Shown piece after piece: positions 19,150 through 29,173 of a stretch of DNA of 64,000 nt. The translations under genes and the position numbers were made by a program. Positions within the stretch are counted from its first letter, which is position 1, and every line of letters begins with the position of its first letter. The stretch lies in assembly GCA_046484865.1 (NCBI GenBank), contig JAWOID010000116.1, positions 1 to 64,000 of the forward strand. The letters run 5' to 3'. The DNA is from Candidatus Krumholzibacteriia bacterium. Lineage in GTDB: Bacteria > Krumholzibacteriota > Krumholzibacteriia > LZORAL124-64-63. The notes below the pieces were generated by a model. The model was not told the origin of the DNA. It did not search any database and saw nothing but the letters and a program-made list of their open reading frames with translations.

Positions 19150-19935
19150 ATGACGATGGGCACGCGATTCACGGACCGCCGGCTGCTGCTGCCGGGGCTG
19201 CTGTTCCTCACGCTGATGCCGGCGGCGTACGGGCTGGGAGGATGCCGCGACGAGGCCGGGCCGCAGACGGACCTGGACCGCTTCGTCGCCCGCTACGAGG
19301 CCCTGCCGCCGGAGGTGAGGGAGGATAGCCTGCGCGCCCGCCTGGCGGACCCCGGCGTCGCCGGGACCTATGCGCGGTTCCAGCTGGGCAACCTGTTCTA
19401 CGGCGCCGCGGTCGATTCCGCCCGGGAGCGCGGGTGGAACGATCCCGCCACGGCCGCCACGCTCGACTCGGCGCAGGTCCACCTCGAGACGGCGGTCGCT
19501 CGCGACAGCAGCTTCGTCGAGGCGCTGGTCAATCTCGGCTCGATCTGGGACGACCGGGCCAACGTCGTCTCGCCCGGACAGAGCCGTCAGGAGGCGATGG
19601 CGCGTTCGGAGCAGCTCTACCTGACCGCGCTGCGCCAGTCGCCCACCGACGTCAAGGCGCGCTGCAACCTGGGCAGCCTCTACCTGCGCCAGCGGCGCAC
19701 CATGGACGCCAAGCGGGAGTTCCTGACGGCCCTGGAGCACGACCCCGAGAGCGCCCTGGCGCACTACAACCTGGCGATCATGTTCGCCGAGGCCAAGATC
19801 TACCGCGAGGCGATCCGGGAGTGGGAACTGGCGGCCAAGTACGATCGCGACGGCGACATCGGTTCGCGTTCCCGCGACAACGTCGAGATCGTCAAGCAGC
19901 TGCGGAGGCAGGACGCGCCGCGCGTCCAGCACTGA
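19150..19935 (+). CDS. TPR-repeat lipoprotein
   Basis: LGGC lipobox and EALVNLG / ARCNLG / AHYNLA TPR motifs. Confidence 0.8.
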   Translation: MTMGTRFTDRRLLLPGLLFLTLMPAAYGLGGCRDEAGPQTDLDRFVARYEALPPEVREDSLRARLADPGVAGTYARFQLGNLFYGAAVDSARERGWNDPATAATLDSAQVHLETAVARDSSFVEALVNLGSIWDDRANVVSPGQSRQEAMARSEQLYLTALRQSPTDVKARCNLGSLYLRQRRTMDAKREFLTALEHDPESALAHYNLAIMFAEAKIYREAIREWELAAKYDRDGDIGSRSRDNVEIVKQLRRQDAPRVQH

Positions 19936-20034
19936 TCGGCCGCAGACTGGCGGCCGCGGCGCCACCGACGCTCCGCAACCGTCACCTGCGGGCGTCAGCG
20001 CAGGAACGACGCCGGATCCGTCCGAGGTGACGCC

Positions 20035-21327
20035 GTGAGCTTTCCCCTGAGCATACCGTCCCCGCTGGCAGCGGCGCTGGCCGGCCGGCCGCGGGTGCTG
20101 CTGGCCCTGAGCGGCGGCGTCGACAGCGCCGTCGCCCTGGCGGTGTTGCAGCACGCGGGGTGCGCGGTGACGGCGGTCACCTTCAAGAACTTCTGCTACG
20201 GCGAGACGGCGGATCCCGCCGGGCGCGCATGCTGTTCGCTCGAGGCGGTGGACGAGGCGCGCCGGCTGGCGGCGCGTCTCGGCGCGGACCACCACGTGAG
20301 CGACGTCAGCGAGGCGTTCCGTAGCCGCGTCATCGAGCCCTTCGTGAGCGAGTATGCGACGGGCCGCACCCCGAACCCCTGCGTCGAGTGCAACGCCGCC
20401 GTCCGCTTCCCTCAACTCCTGCGGCTGGCGCGCCTGGGGGGGCACGACCTGATCGCCACGGGCCATTACGCGCGGACGCTGGGCACGTCGGCCGGTGCCG
20501 GAGCGACCGCCGGCGCGCCGGCGTTGCTGCGGGGGCTCGACCCCGACAAGGACCAGTCGTACTTCCTCTACCGCCTGGCTCCCGAATTGCTGCGGCGCAC
20601 CGTCTTCCCCCTGGGTTGGTTCACGAAGGGGGAGGTGCGGGCAGCGGCCCGGGCGCTGCAGTTGCCGATGGCGGACAAGCCGGAGAGCCAGGAGATCTGC
20701 TTCGTCCCCGACGGCGACCGCTCCTTCCTGTTCCCGGATCCGGTCGTTCACGTACCGGGGGAGATCGTCGACGGGCGGGGACGGGTGCTCGGTCGCCACC
20801 GCGGACTGGTGCACTACACCGTGGGGCAGCGCCGCGGCCTCGGGGTGGCGGCTCCCCGGCCGCTCTACGTGCTGGAGCTCGATCCGGAGGGCAACCGCCT
20901 CGTGGTGGGATCCCGCGAGGACCTGGCCCGCACGCGGATCGTCTGCGACGCCGTCGTCGGCACGGGCAGCGCACTGGCCGGGTCCGGGCCGCCGGCACCG
21001 TGGTCGGGGAGCGCCGCAGAAGAGCGCGCGGCCGGCGAAGGGGAGGTCCTGGCGCGGATCCGGCACGGGCAGCGAGGCCTGCCGGTCGGCGGCTGGCGGT
21101 GGTGCGACGGAACGCTGGTGGTGGAGCTGGCGGAGCCGGCCCATGGAGTGGCGCCCGGACAGGCGCTCGTGCTGCACACCGCCCGCGAGGGGCGCATCCT
21201 CGGCGGTGGGCGTATCGTGGCTGCGGACGGCGGACCGGCAGAGCAGGAAGCAGCGCCGGCGGGCATCGCGCGGACCGAGGGCCGCGCAAACCCCGGTCGC
21301 TCGCGGGAGGTGGACAACGATGCGTAG
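20035..21327 (+). CDS. mnmA: tRNA 2-thiouridylase
   Basis: SGGVDS, TPNPCVECN, ATGHYAR, KDQSYFL, ESQEICF, YTVGQRRGL and PGQ motifs. Confidence 0.95.
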   Translation: MSFPLSIPSPLAAALAGRPRVLLALSGGVDSAVALAVLQHAGCAVTAVTFKNFCYGETADPAGRACCSLEAVDEARRLAARLGADHHVSDVSEAFRSRVIEPFVSEYATGRTPNPCVECNAAVRFPQLLRLARLGGHDLIATGHYARTLGTSAGAGATAGAPALLRGLDPDKDQSYFLYRLAPELLRRTVFPLGWFTKGEVRAAARALQLPMADKPESQEICFVPDGDRSFLFPDPVVHVPGEIVDGRGRVLGRHRGLVHYTVGQRRGLGVAAPRPLYVLELDPEGNRLVVGSREDLARTRIVCDAVVGTGSALAGSGPPAPWSGSAAEERAAGEGEVLARIRHGQRGLPVGGWRWCDGTLVVELAEPAHGVAPGQALVLHTAREGRILGGGRIVAADGGPAEQEAAPAGIARTEGRANPGRSREVDNDA

Positions 21328-23758
21328 GTTCGGCAAGGCCCTGATGATCGTCGTGGGAGTCGTCGCGGTCCTGATCGTGTTGCTGGTGGTGGTGGTGCCA
21401 CTGGTCGTGCCGGCCGACCGCGTGCGCGACCTGGTGAAGGATCGCATCGAGGTGGCGACCGGTGGCGAGGTCACGCTCGGCGAGGCGCAGGTGCGGGTGT
21501 TCCCGCGCATCCGGGTGGTGCTCGGCGAGGCCAATGTCACGGGCACCGGCGCCGACCTGGCGGCAGCCACGGGACAGCCGAGTCCGGTGGAGCGCTACAG
21601 CGCGGCCGTGAAACGGCTCGAGGTGGATCTGGCACTCTGGCCGCTGCTGCAGCGGCGCGTGGAAGTGGGTTCGATCCGCCTGGTCGAGCCGGACGTGGAG
21701 GTGGTCACGGCCCCGGCCGCGGACGAACCGCGTTCGCCTGGCGCGCAGCCGTCCGAACGAGGCCCGGAGGCGGAGGGCGGCGGTTACGGACTCGTGCTGG
21801 CGGCGGTGGCCATCGAGGACGGCCGCCTGCTCTGGCAGGACCGGGCCAGCGGCCAGACCGTGACGGTTGCCGGCTGGGACCAGGAACTGAGGGCGCCCAA
21901 CCTTGATGCGCTGATGCGTCTGATGTCCACGGACCCCGGGAGCGAGGCGCCGGCCGACGGTGAGGCGGCCGCGCTCGCCGTGGACGGGCAGGTGGACGAG
22001 CTGGTGCTGGAGAGCCCCGATCGACCGCAGCCGTTGCGGCTCGCCCTGGTGGGCTACGCCGCGACCGCGTCGGTTCCGCCGGCGGCCGACCTCATGGTGC
22101 TGGAGGACGTGCGGGTGACCTGGGGCCCCTGGGAGCTGGAGGGCAGCGCCGAGTTGCGTCCGCTGCCGGATGGCGGCTGGCAGGTGGACAGTCTGGCCGT
22201 GGTCGCGGAGGAACAGGCCGTCGCCCTGGCGGGACGCCTGCGGACCGATGGCGCGGGCCTGAGCGGCCGCCTGCGCGGCACCGTGGAACTGGAGCAGGCG
22301 TGGCCGGCGGTCCGGGCCACCACGGCCGAGCTGGTGCGTCCCGGGCTGGCCGACTCGCTGCCGGCGGTGACGGGGGCGGTCGAGTGGCGACTTGCACTCG
22401 ACGGCTTCGGGGGGCAGGCCGGGGGTGGCGACGGTGTCCGGGCGGAGCCGGGAGGCGCCGCGACGGGGCCGTTCGACTTCTGGCGGACTGCCGCACCGGG
22501 AGCGATCGAACTGGAGGCCCGTGCTCGCGATCTGGCGGTGATGGACGTGATCCCGGCGAGCCCTTGGCGGACTCGAGAGGCGGAATTGACCGGGCGCTCG
22601 CCCGAGCCGCTCCGGGCGTCGGTCAGCGGCATCGACCATCCGGCGCTGGCGGCCGACGCGCAGTTCAGGGTGATCCCGCGTCCGGGCGGCGAGTGGCCGC
22701 ATCTCGACGTGGAGGTGACGGCCGAGCACGTCGACGTCGACCGCCTGCGGGAACTCATGGCGGCCACCGAGACGGCGTCCGCCGGTACGGAATTCGCATT
22801 CCCGCCCGCCGGTCCCTCGCGAGCGGCCGCTGCGGCCGCCGCGGATCTGCTCGCGGTGTTCGCCCCGGCGGCCCGGGCGCAGGCGGGGGCCGGGGAGATC
22901 CCGCCCGGCGCGGCCATTCCGGTGGAGTTGACCATGGACTTCCGCGGTCAGGCGCGCACCGCGGTGATGCAGAAGCTGGAGTTCCAGCAGGTGCGGATCG
23001 CAGGACAGTTGCAGCGCAAGGTGATCACGGTGGAGACGCTGCGGGCGGAGCGTGGCGGCGGCGCGATCGTGGGCAGCGGCAGTGTCGACTACGCCGCCGA
23101 CCCGTGGGGCGTCATGGAATTCGTGGCCGAACTCGAGGGGCTCAGCACGTCGGCCGTTTTCGAACCCTTCGCGCCGGCGGTCGCGCAGCAGTGGGAAGGA
23201 CTCCTGTCGGGCAGGGCCGCCGGGGGCGCGCGCCTGGCGGACGATCCCCTCGCGATGCTGGCCTCGCTCGACCTCGAGGGCGTGATCTCCAGCAGCGACG
23301 GCGTCTATCACGCACAGGAACTCCTGGCGGGGATCAGGCGTTACCTGGGAGACCGCACCGACCTCCAGGAGATCCGCTACACCGAGCTGGTGCAGCACTT
23401 CCGCGTGCAGGACGGGCGCTACCACGTCGACGACCTGCGGGTGGATGGGCGCGACACCGACTGGACCGGATCCGGCTGGGTGAGTTTCGACGGGGATCTG
23501 AATCTGGACCTGCAGGTGAAGCTGCCGCCGGGTTTCACACCCGATCTGGGCCAGGCGTCTTTCCTGGCCGAGGGATTGCGCGACGAGGACGGACGCATCA
23601 CCCTGAACCTCGCCGTGACCGGTCCGGCACGCAGTCCCGAGGTCGGTCTGGACCTCAGCGGAGCCAGGGCCAGGGCGCAGGAGGATCTCCAGCAGAAGCT
23701 GGAGGATGAGGCCCGCAAGGGCGTGGGCGGCCTCCTTGACAAACTGAAGGGCAAATAG
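21320..23758 (+). CDS. AsmA family protein
   Basis: N-terminal TM anchor, 'LWPLLQRRVEVGSIRLVEP' AsmA motif and AsmA-like C-terminus. Confidence 0.75.
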   Translation: MRRFGKALMIVVGVVAVLIVLLVVVVPLVVPADRVRDLVKDRIEVATGGEVTLGEAQVRVFPRIRVVLGEANVTGTGADLAAATGQPSPVERYSAAVKRLEVDLALWPLLQRRVEVGSIRLVEPDVEVVTAPAADEPRSPGAQPSERGPEAEGGGYGLVLAAVAIEDGRLLWQDRASGQTVTVAGWDQELRAPNLDALMRLMSTDPGSEAPADGEAAALAVDGQVDELVLESPDRPQPLRLALVGYAATASVPPAADLMVLEDVRVTWGPWELEGSAELRPLPDGGWQVDSLAVVAEEQAVALAGRLRTDGAGLSGRLRGTVELEQAWPAVRATTAELVRPGLADSLPAVTGAVEWRLALDGFGGQAGGGDGVRAEPGGAATGPFDFWRTAAPGAIELEARARDLAVMDVIPASPWRTREAELTGRSPEPLRASVSGIDHPALAADAQFRVIPRPGGEWPHLDVEVTAEHVDVDRLRELMAATETASAGTEFAFPPAGPSRAAAAAAADLLAVFAPAARAQAGAGEIPPGAAIPVELTMDFRGQARTAVMQKLEFQQVRIAGQLQRKVITVETLRAERGGGAIVGSGSVDYAADPWGVMEFVAELEGLSTSAVFEPFAPAVAQQWEGLLSGRAAGGARLADDPLAMLASLDLEGVISSSDGVYHAQELLAGIRRYLGDRTDLQEIRYTELVQHFRVQDGRYHVDDLRVDGRDTDWTGSGWVSFDGDLNLDLQVKLPPGFTPDLGQASFLAEGLRDEDGRITLNLAVTGPARSPEVGLDLSGARARAQEDLQQKLEDEARKGVGGLLDKLKGK

Positions 23759-23764
23759 TACCGT
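23736..23764 (+). promoter_or_regulatory. Putative promoter for the tRNA operon (TTGACA-17-TACCGT)
   Basis: Perfect -35 inside the last codons of the AsmA gene, about 140 nt upstream of tRNA-Ser. Confidence 0.55.
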
Positions 23765-23901
23765 GCCCCCTCGCTGCCGGCGGGATGTCGTGGGCAGGCG
23801 TCCCGGGCTTTTTTTCGCCGGGATGCGGCCTGCGTGCAGAGCGGGCGGAAGCTTCGCCGGCCGGGTCGGTCGCTGCAGGATCCCTCACCGGGGCAGAACC
23901 T

Positions 23902-23988
23902 GGAGGGCTAGTCCTAACTGGTAAGGCAGCGGTCTTGAAAACCGCCGGGTGAAAACCCTTGGGGGTTCGAGTCCCCCGCCCTCCGCCA
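23902..23988 (+). tRNA. tRNA-Ser(TGA)
   Basis: GCGGT-CT-TGA-AA-ACCGC anticodon arm, long variable arm, GGTTCGAGTCC and CCA. Confidence 0.95.
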
Positions 23989-24003
23989 AGAGCATAGCAT
24001 CAC

Positions 24004-24091
24004 GGAGAGGTGGCCGAGTGGTCGAAGGCGCACGCCTGCTAAGCGTGTAAGGGGCAACTCTTCGAGGGTTCGAATCCCTCCCTCTCCGCCA
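24004..24091 (+). tRNA. tRNA-Ser(GCT)
   Basis: CACGC-CT-GCT-AA-GCGTG anticodon arm, long variable arm and CCA. Confidence 0.96.
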
Positions 24092-24160
24092 GAGAAGACG
24101 GTCGCCGCCCCGGTGGCGCCGCGGCCGGAAGAAGCGATACGTTGCGTTCTGGAGATCGGT

Positions 24161-24237
24161 GCGCCCATAGCTCAATTGGATAGAGCGTCTGGCTACGGAC
24201 CAGAAGGTTGGGGGTTCGAGTCCCTCTGGGCGTACCA
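24161..24237 (+). tRNA. tRNA-Arg(ACG)
   Basis: TCTGG-CT-ACG-GA-CCAGA anticodon arm, T-arm and CCA. Confidence 0.96.
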
Positions 24238-24399
24238 ACCGAGGTGAGAAGAGGCAGCGGGTCGCGAGAGCGGCCCGCTGTCTCGTCGTCTACGGATCGG
24301 AACTCCACCGCGGCGGCCGCGCGCCGAAAGAAACCGAGAGCGGACGAGACCGCCCGCGGGGACGGGAACTCCGGACGCCCTGGCGTTGTCGAAGGCAGG

Positions 24400-26433
24400 A
24401 TGATGAAAGACGTCGCATCGATCGCGTCGCGCGCAGTTGCCGCGCTCACGTTGCCTGCGGCCGCCGCGCTCAACTCGCGTGCGGCCGCCGCGCTGGTGGC
24501 CTGTCTCGTTCTGGGGGCGGCGACCTCGACGGCGGCGGCGTCGCGGTCCTCGGACCGGCCGCAGGTGCCGGTCGCCGACCACCTGCCCGTCGCCGAGGTC
24601 GAGGCGGGCATGACCGGCTACGGGCTGACCGTCTTCGCCGGCAGCACGGTGGACACCTTCCAGGTGCGCGTTCTCGGCACGCAGGAGCGGGCCCGCGCGG
24701 CGGGCAACCTGATCATGGTGGAACTGCTCGGCCCCCGGGTCGCCGAGACCTCGGTGGCGCAGGGGATGAGCGGTTCGCCGATCTACCTGGGCGGGCGTTT
24801 CGCCGGTGCCGTGGCCTTCGGCTGGCCCGGCGCGCTGCGCCCCATCGCCGGCATCACTCCTGCTGGCGAGATGCTCGCGCTCGGCGGCAGCGACGACGGG
24901 CCGCTCGACCCCTCGGCAGCGGACCTGGCGGGCGGCGGCGCCGATCCATTGCAGCTGCTGGCATGGAGCGCGACCGCGAGCGTCCTGGCGCGCGAGCTGC
25001 TGGACCTTCCGGAGACCGCCCCGGCCGGGGCCCCGGCGCTGCCGTCGGGCTGGGTGCGCCCGGAGGAACTGTGGCCACACCTCTTCGCGGCCGTCAGCGG
25101 CGGCCGGGTGGGAACGGCCCCGACCGGGGGCTGGCAGTCGCTGCCGGTGACCTGGATCCATGCTCCGCTCGGCAGCGGCGCGCCGGCTTCCGACGGACAG
25201 GCGCCGCCGGGCAGTCTGCCGCCCGTGCCGCCGGCGACCGGGCGCGGCGATACGGACGAGACCCTCCCGCTCGTGCCGGGGGCGGCCTGCGCGGTGCCGC
25301 TCATCCTGGGCGACGCCCAGCTCGGTGCTGTGGGCACGGTGACGTGGGTGGACGGAGACCGCGTGCTGATGATGGGCCACCCGTTCCTGCAGCGCGGACC
25401 GGTGCGGCTGCCGCTGGCGAGCGCCGAGATCGTGACCGTCTTTCCCAGCCGTGCGATGTCGTTCAAGATCGGCACGATCGGGCCGGTCGTGGGCGAGGTG
25501 ATCCGCGATCAACGTGCCGGACTGGTGGGTCGCCTCGGATCCGCGCCGCCGCTGATCCCGGTGAGCGTGAACGTCCGCGAGAACGGGCGCAGCCGGTCGT
25601 ACGATTTCGACGTCGCGGACGATCCACAGCTTTCGCCCGCGCTGGTGTTCTGGTGCCTCTACAACGCGCTGCTGGTCGAGGGAGACGACCAGTCCCGCCA
25701 GACCCTGCGCTACGAGCTGGTCACCCGCTGGGACCTGTCCGACGGCGATGACCTGGACCCCGTGGTCCTCACCGGCCAGGTGGCCGGACCCGGCGGCGCG
25801 GCGGGCCTGGCGCCGGAGTGGATGGCGCCGCTGCAGGTCCTGCTCAACAACCGGCACCGTCCACTGCAGTTGCGCTCGGTGGAGGCCCACCTCGAGGTCA
25901 CCCGGCCCATGGAGGTGGGCGTCGTGTCGGGTCTCGCGGCTCCCGCGACGGTGTACCCCGGACAGGAGGTCGCGGTCCGGGTGCCTCTGGAGACGTACCG
26001 CGCCGACGACCGCACCGAGGAGTTCGTCCTGACGTTGCCGGCTTTCCTGGAACCGGGTCGCTACCGGCTGGTGGCGGCGAGCGCCCGCGAGCTGTTCGCC
26101 CTCGAGGCCCAGCGTGCCGAGGCTCTCTTCCAGGACCGCAGCCTCGCGGCCACGCTGGACCTCGTGCGGTCGCCGCGCTCCGCCTCCACGCTGGTGGTGG
26201 CGCTCGTGGCTTCGGGTCGCAACCCCGTGGTGGTCGGTCGCGAGCTGGCGAACCTGCCCGGGAGTCTGGCGCGGACTCTCCGGCCGGGGCCCGCCGGCGC
26301 CACGGCCAGCACCCTCGCCGTGTACGTGGTGCGCCGCGAGCGGCCCACCGACCTGACCCTCAGCGGTCATGCCATCCGCGACATCACCGTGGTGCCCGCG
26401 GCCGAACCCACCCGGGAGGAATCGAGACCATGA
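24400..26433 (+). CDS. SpoIVB-like peptidase S55 domain protein (secreted)
   Basis: QGMSGSPIY..G...GAVA motif, GTVTWVDG..MGHPF motif and an N-terminal hydrophobic segment. Confidence 0.85.
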   Translation: MMKDVASIASRAVAALTLPAAAALNSRAAAALVACLVLGAATSTAAASRSSDRPQVPVADHLPVAEVEAGMTGYGLTVFAGSTVDTFQVRVLGTQERARAAGNLIMVELLGPRVAETSVAQGMSGSPIYLGGRFAGAVAFGWPGALRPIAGITPAGEMLALGGSDDGPLDPSAADLAGGGADPLQLLAWSATASVLARELLDLPETAPAGAPALPSGWVRPEELWPHLFAAVSGGRVGTAPTGGWQSLPVTWIHAPLGSGAPASDGQAPPGSLPPVPPATGRGDTDETLPLVPGAACAVPLILGDAQLGAVGTVTWVDGDRVLMMGHPFLQRGPVRLPLASAEIVTVFPSRAMSFKIGTIGPVVGEVIRDQRAGLVGRLGSAPPLIPVSVNVRENGRSRSYDFDVADDPQLSPALVFWCLYNALLVEGDDQSRQTLRYELVTRWDLSDGDDLDPVVLTGQVAGPGGAAGLAPEWMAPLQVLLNNRHRPLQLRSVEAHLEVTRPMEVGVVSGLAAPATVYPGQEVAVRVPLETYRADDRTEEFVLTLPAFLEPGRYRLVAASARELFALEAQRAEALFQDRSLAATLDLVRSPRSASTLVVALVASGRNPVVVGRELANLPGSLARTLRPGPAGATASTLAVYVVRRERPTDLTLSGHAIRDITVVPAAEPTREESRP

Positions 26434-28697
26434 TCTGCGGCCTGCGCGTCGATCGCCTCCGTCGAGCCGTTCCCACCGCCTCGCCCGGCGCCGATCCAGG
26501 CTCCCGCCCCCGGCGGCCGCGTCGCTGGGTGGCGTCCTGGCACCTGTTGCTCGCCATCGCGATCGCTCCCGCGGCCATGGCCGCCGGTCCGGTCTACTGG
26601 GACTACCCGGAGCGGCAGGGATTCGGGGATGCCGAGCTCGAGGGCGCGGCGCTGGACCGTCATGACCGTCTGATTCCCGGACTGTACGCCCGCGAGCTGC
26701 TGGCGGGGGAGCCCGAGGTGGTCTGGTGCGCGGCGCCGGATGCCGGCGGTGGCGCCTTCGTGGGCAGCGGCCATGCCGGCGAGATCTGGCGCATCGGCCC
26801 CGACGGCGATGCGAGCCTGCACGCCGACCTGGACGGGACCGAGGTGTTCGCCCTGCTGCCGTACGGTGGTGGGCTGCTGGCGGGCTGCGGACCGGGCGGC
26901 GAACTCGAGCACGTGGCCGCCGACGGCACCGTCACGTCGTGGGGCAAGGTGCCCGGGGGCTACGTCTGGGCGCTGGCCGAGGCCGGCGACGGGCGGGTGT
27001 ACCTCGCCGCCGGCAGCCCGGCGGCGGTGTATCGTGCCGTCGGACCCGGCAGCCTGGAGAAGGTGGCGGACCTGCCCGCCACCAATGCGCTGGATCTGGC
27101 CGTCGTGGGCGACGGCGAACTGCTCGTCGCCACCCAGGGACCGGGACTCGTGTACCGCGTCTCGCGGGACGGCACGGCGCGGGTGATCTTCGAGGCCGAA
27201 CAGGACGAGGTGCGCCGGCTGCTGCGCGGCCCCGCTGGCGACTGGTACGCGCTGGCGCTGGCGGCCGGCGACCGGGTGCGCGCCGGCAACGGCGGGATCT
27301 CCGCCGTTGCCGCTGCGGCGGCGGCCGCCGCGGCCACGGGCTTCGACTTCATGGACATCCGCCCGCGCGCCGACGAGCCCGCCCGCGCGGCGCTCCTGCA
27401 GCTGCGGGACGATGGACCCGTGACCACGGTCTGGGCCGGCGGCATCGATCTCATGACCGTGGCCCATGCCGAGGGCTGGGGCTGGCTCGCGGCCGGCGCT
27501 GCCGACGAGGAGTCGGGCCGGGCACGCCTGCTGGCGCTCGAGCCGCCGTCCGGGCACCGGCCCCTGGCGACCTGGGACGGTGGCGACGTGCTGGACCTGC
27601 TCGTGGCCGGAGGTGACGGACGGCTGGACGTGCTGGCCACGCTCGCACATCCGGGCCAGGTCGTTCGCCTGCGGGCGGGTCGCGGAGAACGATGCGCGGC
27701 CGTCAGCGAACCCCTGGATGCGGGGCACGCCATCCGCTGGGGGCGTCTGCTGTGGGACGGGCAGGGGAAGATCCGCTGGTCGGTGCGCGGCGGAGCGCGT
27801 TCCACACCCGACCACACGTGGACCGCCTGGTCCGATGCCTGGACCGAGCGCGATCACGCCATCGATCTGCCCGCCGTGCGCTTCCTGCAATGGCGGGTGG
27901 AATTCGTCGATCCGCAGGCCGGCGACCGGGTGGAGTCGCTCACGGTCAGCGGCCACGAGCCCAACCTGCCGCCGGTGATCGAGAGCCTGGAACTGCAACC
28001 CCCGGGCCAGATCAAGCTCGGCGGGCTCATGCCGCGCGGCGACAACGTGACCGAGGTGCTGCCGGGAGGGCTGAGACTCGAGTACAGCGTCGGCAGCCAG
28101 GCCGCGAATGCGGCGCCGCTGGAGCGCGTGGCGGCGGTGCGTCCGGTGCGCACGTTCTCCTGGCAGGCCAGCGATCCCAACGGGGACGATCTGGTGTACC
28201 TGCTCGAGTACCGGCGCGCCGACGCCAGCACCTGGCGCCCGGTGGGCGAACCCCGCACCGAGCCGCTGGGCAGCTGGAACACCAGGACCGTGCCCGACGG
28301 TCACTACGTGGTCCGCCTGGAGGCCAGCGACCGGCCGTCGAATCCCGGCGCCACGGCCCTGCGATCCTACCGGGAAACGGCGCCCTTCCTGGTGGACCAC
28401 ACCGCGCCGTCCGTGCAGGATCTGAAGCTGAGCCGCAGCGAGAAGGGGTTCCGGCTGCAGATGCGCGCCGAGGACGCGCTCAGCCATCTGGCCGGAGCGG
28501 TGATCGAGTTGCCCGACGGCCGTCGCGAACGCCTGGAGCCGGTGGATCTGATCTGCGACAGCCGTGCCGAGCGCTTCGACACCGAGATCGTCTTTCCCCG
28601 GACGGATTCCCGGCCGGTGGCCCTCCCGTGGCGCGTGCGGGTGGAGGTCTACGACCGGCCCGGCAACCTGGCCGCCGCCGAGGCCGAGGTGAGGTGA
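26430..28697 (+). CDS. Secreted beta-propeller protein with C-terminal Ig/FN3-like domains
   Basis: Signal peptide, VWCAA/VFALL/VWALA propeller repeats and WQASDPNGDDL..PDG.Y. 4-bp overlap with the S55 gene. Confidence 0.7.
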   Translation: MICGLRVDRLRRAVPTASPGADPGSRPRRPRRWVASWHLLLAIAIAPAAMAAGPVYWDYPERQGFGDAELEGAALDRHDRLIPGLYARELLAGEPEVVWCAAPDAGGGAFVGSGHAGEIWRIGPDGDASLHADLDGTEVFALLPYGGGLLAGCGPGGELEHVAADGTVTSWGKVPGGYVWALAEAGDGRVYLAAGSPAAVYRAVGPGSLEKVADLPATNALDLAVVGDGELLVATQGPGLVYRVSRDGTARVIFEAEQDEVRRLLRGPAGDWYALALAAGDRVRAGNGGISAVAAAAAAAAATGFDFMDIRPRADEPARAALLQLRDDGPVTTVWAGGIDLMTVAHAEGWGWLAAGAADEESGRARLLALEPPSGHRPLATWDGGDVLDLLVAGGDGRLDVLATLAHPGQVVRLRAGRGERCAAVSEPLDAGHAIRWGRLLWDGQGKIRWSVRGGARSTPDHTWTAWSDAWTERDHAIDLPAVRFLQWRVEFVDPQAGDRVESLTVSGHEPNLPPVIESLELQPPGQIKLGGLMPRGDNVTEVLPGGLRLEYSVGSQAANAAPLERVAAVRPVRTFSWQASDPNGDDLVYLLEYRRADASTWRPVGEPRTEPLGSWNTRTVPDGHYVVRLEASDRPSNPGATALRSYRETAPFLVDHTAPSVQDLKLSRSEKGFRLQMRAEDALSHLAGAVIELPDGRRERLEPVDLICDSRAERFDTEIVFPRTDSRPVALPWRVRVEVYDRPGNLAAAEAEVR

Positions 28698-29173
28698 TGG
28701 GCGAGAGCCTGCTCGACGCCTTCCGCTCGCACGAGCGCTGGATGGAGGAGGCTCTGCGCGAGGCGGAGCAGGCGGCCGCGGCGGGCGAAGTGCCCGTGGG
28801 AGCGCTGGTGGTGCGCGACGGCGTCGTCCTCGGCCGGGGACGCAACCAGGTGGAGGGGTCCCGCGACGCCACGGCGCACGCGGAGATCCTCGCCATCGGC
28901 GCGGCTGCGGCCGCCGCGGCCGACTGGCGCCTCGATGGCGCCACCCTCTACGTGACCCTCGAGCCGTGCACGATGTGCGCCGGAGCCCTGCTGCTGGCGC
29001 GGGTGGCCACCCTCGTGTTCGGCGCGGCCGACCCGCGGGCCGGCGCCGTCGTTTCCACCGCACGTCTGCTCGACGGCAATCCCTACCGGCAACGGGTGGA
29101 GGTGGTGGGAGGGGTCGCCGCGTTCCGCTGCAGCGAGCTGCTGCAGACGTTCTTCCGCGCCCGCCGCGGGTAG
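28697..29173 (+). CDS. tadA: tRNA adenosine(34) deaminase
   Basis: GEVPVGA, TAHAEI and LYVTLEPCTMCAGA motifs. Confidence 0.93.
   Translation: MGESLLDAFRSHERWMEEALREAEQAAAAGEVPVGALVVRDGVVLGRGRNQVEGSRDATAHAEILAIGAAAAAAADWRLDGATLYVTLEPCTMCAGALLLARVATLVFGAADPRAGAVVSTARLLDGNPYRQRVEVVGGVAAFRCSELLQTFFRARRG

Noticed and set aside
23902..23988. tRNA with 'TGA' read as possible tRNA-Sec or suppressor, given selA
   Set aside because: Anticodon TGA decodes Ser UCA. tRNA-Sec needs anticodon TCA and an 8-bp acceptor stem.
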